Shown here: piece by piece, positions 49,310 to 60,682 of the stretch
Layout: the number at the start of each line of letters is the position of its first letter
How positions within the stretch are numbered: position 1 is the stretch's first letter
Assembly: GCA_051002015.1 (NCBI GenBank)
Contig: JBPCMS010000003.1
Coordinates: forward strand, 1,155-65,154
Direction: 5' to 3'
DNA: 64,000 nucleotides
DNA from: Acidimicrobiia bacterium
GTDB taxonomy: Bacteria > Actinomycetota > Acidimicrobiia > Spongiisociales > UBA5794
Program-made: the position numbers and the translations under genes
The notes under the pieces: generated by a model
Database searches by the model: none
What the model was told of the DNA's origin: nothing
What the model saw: the letters and a program-made list of their open reading frames with translations, nothing else

Positions 49310-50734
49310 TCAGGCGGTGAGCCCGTCTCCCGGTGCCCCGGCCGGCTCCCAGGCGTCACCGATGGACCCGGCGATCCGCACCGGGGACCCCGACTGCTCG
49401 GCGACGGCGAAGCAGGCGATGCGCCGGTCCCCGTTGGACCAGGCGACGGGCCCGGTCACCGTGACGTACGTCCCCAGGGTCGCCCCGTCGACCTCCTGCG
49501 CCGAGGCGGCCGCCTCGAGCAGAGGCTCGCATGCGGAGAGGGGGTCGCCCAGGTTCCTGCCCGGCCAGGTGGCGGCGTTCGACGTCAACTCGCCCAGGTA
49601 CTCGAAGTCGTGCGGATATTCGCAGTCGACCCGGTCCTCGCGCACCGTCCAGGCATGGCAGTCGCCCGCCACCCGCTCCACCGCCATGGCCACGCCTTCG
49701 CCCCGGAACGACCGGTTCACCAGGGTGGGCTCGGCCTCCCTGGTCACGGTGGCGACACAGGCGGTGTAGCGGTCGCCCCGCTCCCATTCGAGGGCATCGG
49801 GCATGTAGTGGACCAGCTCGAGAGAGCTGTCGAACGGGGTGCCCCCCACCAGCTCGGCGAACCCCGCCTCGCATGCCTCGGACGTCCCGGCGTACACCTC
49901 GTCCGGTTCCGGCATCGATCCACCCGGGTCGTCGCCGAAGGCGGCGCCGTCGGCGGCCAGGACCTCCCACTGGTGCGGTTGGTCACAGGGCACCACCACC
50001 TCCTCGCCGTACGGCGAGTAGGGGAGGCCCAACCCGTCGGCGGTGGCGATGGCGATGCAGTCCCCGGCGGTCCACAGGTACTCGTCTGCGTTGAAGGCCC
50101 CCAACGCCGCCATCCGGGACCGGGCCAGGTCCCTGGGGCCTCCGGTGAGCAGGATGTGGGTGTGGTTTGCCCACAGGTACCACCAGGCGTCTTCGAGCTC
50201 GATCTCGAGGAGATCGACGCCGTTTTCCTCGATCGGGACCGGGGCCGTGTCCTCGCCGGCGATCAGATCGGCCATGGCCCGAGGCAGGGTCGGGTCGCCG
50301 CGAAGCTCGGAGTACGGGTAGATCGACGCCACCAGCACCCGCTGGTCACCGGTGGCGAGGTGGTCCCACACCAACGACTGGATCACCGGGTTGATCCCCG
50401 CCAGCCGGAATTCGAGGACGGCGAGAAGCTCGGATTCCTCCCCGATGGCCCGGAGATCGCCCAAAGGGGCGTCGAGCGCGGCGCCGGCGATCTCGACCGG
50501 GTCGGGAGCCTGCGGTGGCTCCAGCACCGGCCCGGGCAGGGTGGTCGTGGTGGTGCCGCGGTCGGGGGCGGTGGTGTCGACCGGCGGTGCCGTCGACGGC
50601 GGAGCCGTGACCGCGGGGACGGGCTGCGCCCGCACCGACGGGTCTGCGGTCTTGGTGGCGGGGGCGCTGCACGCCGTCACCGCCAACGACAGGGCGAGGA
50701 CGGCGATCCCCGCCGGGCGACGGATCCGACTCAC
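49310..50734 (-). CDS. Cys-rich lipoprotein of unknown function
   Basis: Lipobox LAVTAC|S, a Pro/Thr-rich linker, and a C-terminal domain with paired cysteines. Start overlaps the stop of the polyprenyl synthase (ATGA). Confidence 0.6.
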   Translation of the reverse strand: MSRIRRPAGIAVLALSLAVTACSAPATKTADPSVRAQPVPAVTAPPSTAPPVDTTAPDRGTTTTTLPGPVLEPPQAPDPVEIAGAALDAPLGDLRAIGEESELLAVLEFRLAGINPVIQSLVWDHLATGDQRVLVASIYPYSELRGDPTLPRAMADLIAGEDTAPVPIEENGVDLLEIELEDAWWYLWANHTHILLTGGPRDLARSRMAALGAFNADEYLWTAGDCIAIATADGLGLPYSPYGEEVVVPCDQPHQWEVLAADGAAFGDDPGGSMPEPDEVYAGTSEACEAGFAELVGGTPFDSSLELVHYMPDALEWERGDRYTACVATVTREAEPTLVNRSFRGEGVAMAVERVAGDCHAWTVREDRVDCEYPHDFEYLGELTSNAATWPGRNLGDPLSACEPLLEAAASAQEVDGATLGTYVTVTGPVAWSNGDRRIACFAVAEQSGSPVRIAGSIGDAWEPAGAPGDGLTA

Positions 50735-51726
50735 CGCCGTCGTGCCGCCTCGACCCGGTCGAGCAGGTATCGGTCGAGGTTGGCGAACACGTCGACCAGT
50801 GAGCCCGAGGCGACCCTGGCGATGGCCTTCTCGGCGACCATGGCCCGATCCACCGCCTCGTCGAGCACCCGGTCGACGGACCCGCCGGAGCGGACGATGT
50901 CGAGCAGCCTGGTCACGGTTGAAGGGTCGGGCCTACCGTCGGCGAGCGCGGCCCGGATCTCGGCGCCGTCGGGACCGCCGGCGGCGTAGAGCACCGGCAG
51001 GGTGTGGGTGCCCTCGAGCATGTCCGACCCTGCGGGCTTGCCCAGGAACGTCTCGTCGGCCACCAGGTCGAGGACGTCGTCGGTCATCTGGAACACCAGC
51101 CCCATCTCCCAGCCCCACTCCGAGATCGCATCGACGTGGGCGGGATCGGCCCCCCCGGTCATCGCCCCCAGCCGGGCCGAGGTACGGATCAGGCTGGCGG
51201 TCTTGCCGCCGATCACCTCGTAGTACTGGTCGGGCCCGTGGTCGATGCTGTCCCTGAGCCGGAGCTCGAGCGCCTGGCCCTCGACCAGGTTGGCGTATGT
51301 CCTGGCGATCAACGACACCGCTTCCTCGCCCAGCGGAGCGGCCACCTCGGAGGCCCTGGCCAGCAGGAAGTCCCCGGCCAGGATGGCGACGGTGTTGGTC
51401 CAGTTGGCGTTGACCGAGACGGCGCCGCGCCTGGTGCTGGCCTCGTCGATGACGTCGTCGTGGTAGAGCGACCCGAGATGGACCAGCTCGACCGCCACTC
51501 CGGCCTCCACCGGCTCGTCACCGGGGTTGGGGCCCAGCTCGGCGGCGACCTGGGCCAGCAACGGCCGGTAGCGCTTGCCCCCGGCCTGGAGCCCGTGCTG
51601 GGCGACCTCGGTGAGGAACGGGGTCGACGCCACGGTCACCTGGCGGAGACGGTCCTCGACCACGGCGAGCCTGTCCCAAACCCGCGGGATGTCGACCAGG
51701 TCGGTGAAGAGCGGCAGATCCATCAC
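50731..51726 (-). CDS. Polyprenyl diphosphate synthase (trans-isoprenyl diphosphate synthase, GGPPS/IdsA-like)
   Basis: FARM LVHLGSLYHDDVIDEASTRRG and SARM VFQMTDDVLD. Confidence 0.85.
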   Translation of the reverse strand: MMDLPLFTDLVDIPRVWDRLAVVEDRLRQVTVASTPFLTEVAQHGLQAGGKRYRPLLAQVAAELGPNPGDEPVEAGVAVELVHLGSLYHDDVIDEASTRRGAVSVNANWTNTVAILAGDFLLARASEVAAPLGEEAVSLIARTYANLVEGQALELRLRDSIDHGPDQYYEVIGGKTASLIRTSARLGAMTGGADPAHVDAISEWGWEMGLVFQMTDDVLDLVADETFLGKPAGSDMLEGTHTLPVLYAAGGPDGAEIRAALADGRPDPSTVTRLLDIVRSGGSVDRVLDEAVDRAMVAEKAIARVASGSLVDVFANLDRYLLDRVEAARRR

Positions 51727-51859
51727 CGGAAGCCTAGAGGCCGAGCCATCCCCACGAGATCGGCGGTCGGGAGCTCGGGGTGGACAGGAATGCGCCCCCC
51801 GTGCCCGGCGTTGAGGTATCGGGCGGGGTCGTGCCGGATCGGGTCACCAGGCGCTCCCG

Positions 51860-51886
51860 GCGTTGACGCCACCCGGAGCTATACTC
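51860..51886 (+). promoter_or_regulatory. Candidate clpC promoter (TTGACG ... TATACT) with an overlapping ClgR-like CGC-N5-GCG element
   Basis: GGCGCTCCCGGCGTTGACGCCACCCGGAGCTATACT lies about 55 nt upstream of the clpC GTG. The spacer is non-canonical at 11 nt, so confidence is low. Confidence 0.25.
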
Positions 51887-51940
51887 CGTGAGGCGCACGG
51901 GGACACCCCCGGAGCGCCATGTTTGTAGAGGTGGTAGCGA

Positions 51941-54448
<2,508 letters not shown>

Positions 54449-54484
54449 GCGGGACCGGGCGCGGCCAAACCGACCGCGGCGAGG

Positions 54485-55354
54485 TCACTCGGCGAAGACC
54501 CCGAAGAACCGTACCTCGGCAAGCGCCAACTCGTCGAACGCCGGGCTGTCGCCCACCGGCTCGCCCGGGTAGGTGGTCAGCACCCGCACGGTCAACCGGG
54601 TGGTCCGCAGCGTGTCGAGCGTGATGCGGTGCGGGTCCGAGCTGTCGGGGAGGGTGAAGGTGAGCTGCAACTCGAGATCGTCGACGGTGACCTCAATGTC
54701 CTTGATCCGGTAGTTCTGCCGGAACGGGTTGCGCTGCTGGATGTTGGTGAACTCCATCTCGGACAGGGCGACCGGTTGGGCGAACACGAAGGTGAGCTGG
54801 GCGTCGACACCGCGGGCCGACTGGTCGTTCCAATAGGTGGAGACGTCACCGTCGATCAGGCGTGCGGCCTCGTAGCCTTCGAGATGGGAGCTGGCATCGA
54901 CAGAGGCGGGGGCGATGGCGACCTGCTCGACCGGGTCCTCGATCGCCGCCGTGGTGGAGACGTTGTCCTCGGGTGTGGCCGTCCCGTTCCCGCCACCCCA
55001 CAGGTTCATGAACAGGGCGATGAGGGCAACGAGGAGGACCACACCGCCGAGGACGCCGAGGGCCCGGCCACCGGGGGTCGACCGTGACATCGGCGGCGCC
55101 GCCACCGGGAGGGGCCCTTTTCCCAGCCGGGCGCCGCATTCCTCGCAGTGGCGATTGTGGGCCGGGTTGGGTGCTCCGCACGACTGGCAGCGCACCGTCG
55201 GCACATTCGCCTCCGGGGTGTACTGCTCGACCCGCGGTGGAGCCGTGTACAGGGAAGGGTCGGTCCGGGACACACTCGGCTCGTCCTCGAGCTCGAACGG
55301 CTCGAAGAGGTCGTCGTCGAACGGGTTGTCGGTGTTCTTGGCCACGAATTCCAC
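54485..55354 (-). CDS. Zinc-ribbon, single-TM, discoidin (F5/8 type C)-like domain membrane protein
   Basis: CQSCGAPNPAHNRHCEECGA, TM LGVLGGVVLLVALIALFM, then ...AARLIDGDVSTYWNDQS..LTFVF.., a carbohydrate-binding-like beta-sandwich. Confidence 0.6.
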   Translation of the reverse strand: MEFVAKNTDNPFDDDLFEPFELEDEPSVSRTDPSLYTAPPRVEQYTPEANVPTVRCQSCGAPNPAHNRHCEECGARLGKGPLPVAAPPMSRSTPGGRALGVLGGVVLLVALIALFMNLWGGGNGTATPEDNVSTTAAIEDPVEQVAIAPASVDASSHLEGYEAARLIDGDVSTYWNDQSARGVDAQLTFVFAQPVALSEMEFTNIQQRNPFRQNYRIKDIEVTVDDLELQLTFTLPDSSDPHRITLDTLRTTRLTVRVLTTYPGEPVGDSPAFDELALAEVRFFGVFAE

Positions 55355-55602
55355 GACTGATCGCTGCCCTCGGGTGAGGGCAGCCGGGGGCTATTGTGCC
55401 ACGGATGCTGCTGATCGCAGGTGTTCGCCAGGCCGAGCCCTGGTCCCTCCCCAACATCATCGGCGCCGCCACACTGCTGGTGGCGTTCATCGTCTGTCTC
55501 ATCTGGCTGATCAGGCGCTATCTCGACGGCTGAGCCGTCACCACCCGCCCCCGCATCCCCTCTCGGTTTCTTGTCACACCCTCGCCGTACGGTGTCGGGG
55601 CG

Positions 55603-55716
55603 ATGAAGGAGGCAGCAACGACCGAGCAGACCGTCAGGATGATCCTGGTAGACGACACTTACAGGGTCATCGCCGGCACCAAGCGGTTCCTCGCCGAGAA
55701 GCCGCACCTGCCGTGA
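55603..55716 (+). CDS. Candidate 37-aa small ORF translationally coupled (GTGA) to radA
   Basis: ATGAAGGAGG context. MKEAATTEQTVRMILVDDTYRVIAGTKRFLAEKPHLP. Lower-GC codons. Not in the ORF track because of its size. Confidence 0.25.
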   Translation: MKEAATTEQTVRMILVDDTYRVIAGTKRFLAEKPHLP

Positions 55717-57035
55717 CCCAGCCGTCGACCTACCACTGCCTGGAATGCGGCTACGCCACGGCGAGGTGGATGGGGTTCTGCCCCCAGTGCCGCGCCCAAT
55801 CGAGCATGGTCGAGGGGCTCCGACCGGTGGCGTCGGCGGCCGTCCCGGTGCCCATCGCCGATCTCGGTGAGGCGGGGCGACCCGCCCGGGCGCCGAGCGG
55901 CATGGCCGAGGTCGATCGCGTTCTGGGCGGCGGCCTCGTTGCGGGGAGCATCGTGCTCGTTGGCGGCGAGCCGGGAGTGGGCAAGTCGACGCTGCTTCTC
56001 CAGATGGCGGCGGCGATGAGCAGCACGGGGCGGGTGCTCTATGTCACCGGCGAGGAGAGCGCCGCCCAGATCGGGGACCGGGCGGAGCGGCTGGGTATCA
56101 CCGGTGGCGGCCTCGAGGTTCTCGCCGAGACCGAGGTGGTCCCGGTGGAGCGCTGCGTCGAGATGGGCGGGTACCGCATGGTCGTGGTCGACTCGATGCA
56201 GACCATGCGGGTCGACGACACCGCCGGCACCCCGGGCGGGGTCACCCAGGTGCGGGAGGTGGGGGCGCGCCTCACCGCTCTGGCCCGAAGGGCCGGTGTC
56301 CCCGTGGTGCTGGTGGGCCATGTCACCAAGGACGGATCGCTGGCCGGGCCCAAGGTGGTCGAGCACCTGGTCGACGCCGTCCTCTACCTCGAGGGAGACC
56401 CCGATCGGGGGGTGCGCTACCTGCGCGGGTTGAAGAATCGCTATGGCTCGGTGGCCCAGGTGGGGGTGTTCGAGATGACCGGCGACGGCCTGGTCGAGGT
56501 CTCCGACCCCTCAGGGCTGTTCGTCGGCGACGCCATCGGGCTGGTGCCGGGAACGGTGGTGTTCCCCGCCCTGTGTGGCCGGCGCACGCTGCTGGTCGAG
56601 GTTCAGGCGCTCGTTGTCCCGACCGGCTCACCCCAGCCCCGCCGCAGCGTCACCGGTGTGCCGGCCGGCCGGGTCCACCAGCTCCTCGCCGTGCTCCACC
56701 GCCATGCCTCGCTCGACTGCCGGTCGTGCGACGTGTTCGTCAGCGTGGTCGGCGGGCTGGTCATCGATGAGCCCGCCGCCGACCTGGCGGTGGCCCTCGC
56801 CATCGCCTCGTCACGGCTGGAGAAGCCTCTGGGCCCGGTGGGGGCGATGGGCGAGGTCGGACTGGCGGGCGAGGTCAGGGCGGTGGGGGGCGCCGCCGAC
56901 CGCAGGGCGGAGCTGGCCCGCTTCGGCTTCGAACGGATGATCTCCGGCGGGGGCAGGCGGCTCGTCGCCGAGGCGCTGCTCGAAGCGGGTCTCCGGCCCG
57001 ACCGTCCCCGCCGTCTCCATTCGGCGGGGGGGTGA
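55713..57035 (+). CDS. radA: DNA repair protein RadA
   Basis: C4 zinc finger YHCLECGYATARWMGFCPQC, Walker A GGEPGVGKSTLLLQ, KNRYG motif, Lon-like C-terminal domain. Confidence 0.88.
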   Translation: MTQPSTYHCLECGYATARWMGFCPQCRAQSSMVEGLRPVASAAVPVPIADLGEAGRPARAPSGMAEVDRVLGGGLVAGSIVLVGGEPGVGKSTLLLQMAAAMSSTGRVLYVTGEESAAQIGDRAERLGITGGGLEVLAETEVVPVERCVEMGGYRMVVVDSMQTMRVDDTAGTPGGVTQVREVGARLTALARRAGVPVVLVGHVTKDGSLAGPKVVEHLVDAVLYLEGDPDRGVRYLRGLKNRYGSVAQVGVFEMTGDGLVEVSDPSGLFVGDAIGLVPGTVVFPALCGRRTLLVEVQALVVPTGSPQPRRSVTGVPAGRVHQLLAVLHRHASLDCRSCDVFVSVVGGLVIDEPAADLAVALAIASSRLEKPLGPVGAMGEVGLAGEVRAVGGAADRRAELARFGFERMISGGGRRLVAEALLEAGLRPDRPRRLHSAGG

Positions 57036-57097
57036 TCACGGCGGGCCGGTGAGGTCGTTCGGCGTCGGCGACAGGCGGCTAGTAGCCTCACGACAGG

Positions 57098-58159
57098 ATG
57101 ATGTCTGGGGCCGTTGGATTTCTCGAGGTTCTCGAACAGTTCGCGCCTGGCACCAAGCTGCGTGACGCCGCCGAGCTGATCCTCCGCCAGGAGACGGGGG
57201 CCCTGCTGGTCTTCGGCTCGGCGCCGGAGGTCGACGCGGTGTGCAGCGGCGGGTTCGAGCTGCGCAACGCCGAGTTCACCGCCCAGAGGATCGCCGAGTT
57301 GGCCAAGATGGACGGCGGCATCGTCGTCTCCGCGGATGCCTCGCTGATCATGAGGGCAAACGTCCAGTTCATCCCGGACCCCGCCATTGAAACCAGCGAG
57401 ACCGGCACCCGGTTCCGCACCGCCGAGCGGCTGGCCAAGCAGCTCGGAGTCCCGGTTCTGGCGGTCAGCGAGGAACGGCGAGCGGTCGCCGTCGTTTTCA
57501 CCGGGGACAACCACTTTGCCCTGCGCAACCCCAACGAGCTTCTCGCCGAGGGGAATCAGAACCTGGTCGCCTTGGAGCGTCTTCGGCGCCAGCTGGCTGA
57601 CGCCGAGGACAGGCTCATCCGGCTCGAGGTCGACGACGGGGTGACGGTGCGCGATGTTGCCCTGCTGCTGGCTCGGGCCGCCCTGGTACGACGAATGGGG
57701 GCGCAGATCCGGCGGATCGTGGTCGAGCTCGGCGGTACCGGCGACCTGATTTCGATCCAGGCGTCCGATCTCGGCGAGGGGGTCGACAACGTGCTCGAGC
57801 TGGTCAGCGACGATTACGCCGACCGGCCAATGAAGCCGGGCGAGGCCAGTGATCGACTCCGCAACGTCCCGGACGAGTCTCTGAAGGATCTCGCCGTCGT
57901 CGCCGAGGCTCTCGGGCTGGGCAACCTCGATCAGGCGGTCCGCCCCCGTGGCGGCCGGGCGCTGGAACGGGTATCCCGGCTTCCCGACAACGTCAAGAAC
58001 TCGCTGCTGAACCACTTCGGGACCCTGCAGAAGCTCCTCCACGCCTCGGCCAGCGAACTCGCCGAGGTCGAGGGCGTGGGGCGGACCAGGGCCAACCAGC
58101 TGCGGGGCCATCTCGACCGGCTGCTCCAGCACGGCACACCGTTCGGGCTGGTTGACTGA
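57098..58159 (+). CDS. disA: DNA integrity scanning protein DisA (diadenylate cyclase)
   Basis: DAC domain (GALLVFG...DGGIVVSAD...RFRTAERLAKQ), a linker, and a C-terminal HhH (SASELAEVEGVGRTRANQL). Confidence 0.88.
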   Translation: MMSGAVGFLEVLEQFAPGTKLRDAAELILRQETGALLVFGSAPEVDAVCSGGFELRNAEFTAQRIAELAKMDGGIVVSADASLIMRANVQFIPDPAIETSETGTRFRTAERLAKQLGVPVLAVSEERRAVAVVFTGDNHFALRNPNELLAEGNQNLVALERLRRQLADAEDRLIRLEVDDGVTVRDVALLLARAALVRRMGAQIRRIVVELGGTGDLISIQASDLGEGVDNVLELVSDDYADRPMKPGEASDRLRNVPDESLKDLAVVAEALGLGNLDQAVRPRGGRALERVSRLPDNVKNSLLNHFGTLQKLLHASASELAEVEGVGRTRANQLRGHLDRLLQHGTPFGLVD

Positions 58160-58265
58160 CCTGCAGCGGGGGCAAGGCCGGCGGCGAAGCCAGCGGTGGC
58201 GGTCCGGGCCGAACGCGCCGTTGGGTACAATGCCCCCTCCGATCCTGTCCCCAGAAGGTTGACTC

Positions 58266-59396
58266 GTGGCCGACAAGCAGAGCAGCGACGCGGCCAAGGC
58301 GGCTGCCAAGACGACCACAGCGAAGCCCACCGCCAAGGCGGGCTCGAAGCCATCGACTGCGGCGTCGTCCAAGAAGGCCACGACCAGCAAGGCGGCATCC
58401 GCCACGAAGCCTGCAGCCAAGACCACGGCGGCGAAGTCTGCCGCGGGCAAGTCCTCTGCTGCGGCGAAGTCGGCGGCGGCCAAGCCCTCGGCGGCGGCCA
58501 CGCCTTCGGCGGCGGCCAAGCCCGTGGCGGCGAGGCCCTCGGCGGCCAAGCCTTCGGCGGCGGCCAAGCCTTCGGCGGCGGCGGGCAAGTCCTCTGCGGC
58601 GAAGTCGGCGGCGGCGAGGCCCTCGGCGGCGGCGGCGGGCAAGCCCTCGGCGGCGGGCAAGCCCTCGTCTGCGGCGGCCAAGCCCTCGGCGGCGGCCAAG
58701 CCCTCGGCGCCGGTCACGACCTCGGCCGCCAAGAAGCCCGCAGCGACCAAGGCCGGCACTCCCGAGAAGGCGACTCCTGCCAAGGATTCTGCCGAGAAGA
58801 AGGCGACCCCCAGGAAGGCGGCTGTGGCCAAGGACGTTCCTGCCGCCGAACCTCCGGCCCCGGCCGCGGCCAAGGCGAACGCCAAGAAGCCCTCCCCCTT
58901 CGTCGTCGGGGACAAGGTGGTGTACCCACATCACGGCGCCGCCACCATCATTCGGGTCGAGCAGGTCGACATGGGCAATGGGCGCGAGCCCTATTTCGTG
59001 CTCGAGGTGGTCGCCGACCAACTCATCGTCTGGGTGCCGGTCGAGGGCGCCCTCGATCTCGGGGTGCGGCCGGTGATCTCGACCAACGTCGCCCGCAAGG
59101 TGTTCGCCACCTTCCGTGACGAGCCCCAGGAGGCGGGGGCGAACTGGTCGCGCTGGTACAAGCTGCTCACCGAGAAGATAAACAGTGGCGATATATTCCA
59201 AGTCGCCGAGGTGGTACGCGACCTCACCTACGCCCAGCAGATCAAGGGGATCTCCCCCGCCCTGAAGCGGATGCTGGCCAAGGCCCGGCTCATCATCGTC
59301 AGCGAGCTCCGGTTCGCCCTCAAGGTCGACGAGGAGGATGCGATCCGCCGGCTCGACCGCGCCCTCCCCAGGGTCGACGAGCCGATCGAGCTCTGA
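58266..59396 (+). CDS. carD: CarD/CdnL-family RNAP-binding transcription factor with a roughly 210-aa N-terminal Ala/Lys/Pro-rich histone-H1-like extension
   Basis: C-terminal 160 aa match CarD (FVVGDKVVYPHHGAATI...NWSRWYK...VAEVVRDL...KRMLAKAR). The N-terminus is AAKPSAAAKPSAAAGK-type repeats. Confidence 0.8.
   Translation: MADKQSSDAAKAAAKTTTAKPTAKAGSKPSTAASSKKATTSKAASATKPAAKTTAAKSAAGKSSAAAKSAAAKPSAAATPSAAAKPVAARPSAAKPSAAAKPSAAAGKSSAAKSAAARPSAAAAGKPSAAGKPSSAAAKPSAAAKPSAPVTTSAAKKPAATKAGTPEKATPAKDSAEKKATPRKAAVAKDVPAAEPPAPAAAKANAKKPSPFVVGDKVVYPHHGAATIIRVEQVDMGNGREPYFVLEVVADQLIVWVPVEGALDLGVRPVISTNVARKVFATFRDEPQEAGANWSRWYKLLTEKINSGDIFQVAEVVRDLTYAQQIKGISPALKRMLAKARLIIVSELRFALKVDEEDAIRRLDRALPRVDEPIEL
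58290..58900. repeat. Imperfect tandem nucleotide repeats (GCC/GCG-AAG-CCC-TCG-GCG units) encoding the AKP-rich tail of CarD
   Basis: Repeated strings such as gccaagccctcggcggcggcc and gccaagccttcggcggcggcc are visible across 58430-58720. Confidence 0.5.
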
Positions 59397-59407
59397 TCGG
59401 CAACCCC

Positions 59408-59887
59408 GTGCGCATCGGCTCCGGTGTCGACGCCCACCGCTTCACGCCATCCGGAGGTGTGACCGTCGCCGGTGTGCTGGTCGATCGGACCAGGGGCGTG
59501 GCCGCCACCTCCGACGGTGATGTGGTCGCCCACGCCGTCATCGATGCCGTGCTCGGCGCCGCCGCCCTCGGCGACCTCGGCGACCACTTCCCGTCCTCCG
59601 ACCCCCGCTGGTACAAGGCCGACTCATTGGTGATGCTGGAGCATGCGGTGGGCCTGGTCGCCGACCACGGGTTCGCCGTGTCCTCCGTCGACGTCACCGT
59701 GCTCGCCGAGACGGTGCGGGTGGCCGACCACCGCCCGGAGATGCGAGCCAACCTCGCCGCCAGGCTCGGGGTCGAGGTGGGGGCGGTCTCGGTGAAGGCG
59801 ACCACCATGGACGGGCTCGGCTGGCTGGGGGCCGACGAGGGGATCGCCGCCACCGCCGTGTGTGTGATCGCCCCGATCGCCGGCTGA
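59408..59887 (+). CDS. ispF: 2-C-methyl-D-erythritol 2,4-cyclodiphosphate synthase
   Basis: MRIGSGVDAHRF...DGDVVAHAVIDAVLGAAALGDLGDHFPSSDPRWY. GTG start. Confidence 0.9.
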   Translation: MRIGSGVDAHRFTPSGGVTVAGVLVDRTRGVAATSDGDVVAHAVIDAVLGAAALGDLGDHFPSSDPRWYKADSLVMLEHAVGLVADHGFAVSSVDVTVLAETVRVADHRPEMRANLAARLGVEVGAVSVKATTMDGLGWLGADEGIAATAVCVIAPIAG

Positions 59888-59908
59888 TCGACTGCACACT
59901 CCGGGGGT

Positions 59909-60634
59909 CTACCCGGCCAGCACCTCGTGAGCGGCGGCCGGATCGTTGGTGATGATCCCGTCGATCCCGGCGGCGGCGAGGCTCCGCATCAGCTCCGCGT
60001 CGTCGACCGTCCAGGCGACCACGGCGATCTGCTCCCGGTGGGCGGCCGCGATGACGGCGACGGCCTGCTCACGCAGCGACGAGTGATGGGGGAGCACCCA
60101 CCGGTGCCCCTCGGTGGCGGCGAGGGCGATCGCCACCTCGACCGGCTCGAAGACCTCCACCAGCAACCCCGTGGCGACCGCCGGGCGATGGGCCCGCACC
60201 GCGGCGACGGCGCCGGGATCGAACGACGTGACCACCGTTCGATCGTGCAACCGGTGCCGGTCGACCCAGGCCGCCACCCGCTCCGCCATCCCCTGGTCCG
60301 GGTCGTGATCCGGCTCGCCCGGATCGCTCTTCACCTCGATATCGAGTAGCAGGTCGCCGGTGACGTCGAGCGCCTCGTCGAGCGTCGGGATCCACGTGGC
60401 GTCCCGCCGCAGTTCCTCGAGACGCATCTGCACGATCGGCCCCAGACCGGCCACCTCGGAATCGTGATGGATCACCAGCACGTCATCTGCGGTGCGGCGC
60501 ACATCGAGCTCGATCCCGTCGGCGTTGTGGACGACGGCCAGCCTGAAGGCGGCCAGGGTGTTCTCCCGAGCCGAGGCCGACGCTCCCCGATGGGCGAGGA
60601 TGAGCGGGTGCGGGCCGGGCATGCTGGCGACCAT
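59909..60634 (-). CDS. Glycerophosphodiester phosphodiesterase (GDPD family)
   Basis: ILAHRGASA...ENTLAAF...GIELDVRRTADDVLVIHHD are the catalytic His/Glu/Asp motifs. The long ORF beyond 60634 is an extension. Confidence 0.8.
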   Translation of the reverse strand: MVASMPGPHPLILAHRGASASARENTLAAFRLAVVHNADGIELDVRRTADDVLVIHHDSEVAGLGPIVQMRLEELRRDATWIPTLDEALDVTGDLLLDIEVKSDPGEPDHDPDQGMAERVAAWVDRHRLHDRTVVTSFDPGAVAAVRAHRPAVATGLLVEVFEPVEVAIALAATEGHRWVLPHHSSLREQAVAVIAAAHREQIAVVAWTVDDAELMRSLAAAGIDGIITNDPAAAHEVLAG

Positions 60635-60682
60635 ACCCCACCCCGTCGGTCGCCTCCGGGGTGGGTCGGTACCATGCCGGGA

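Noticed and set aside
51860-51886. Strong SigA-type promoter call upstream of clpC
   Set aside because: The TTGACG and TATACT hexamers are separated by only 11 nt, which is non-canonical. It is kept only as a low-confidence regulatory candidate.
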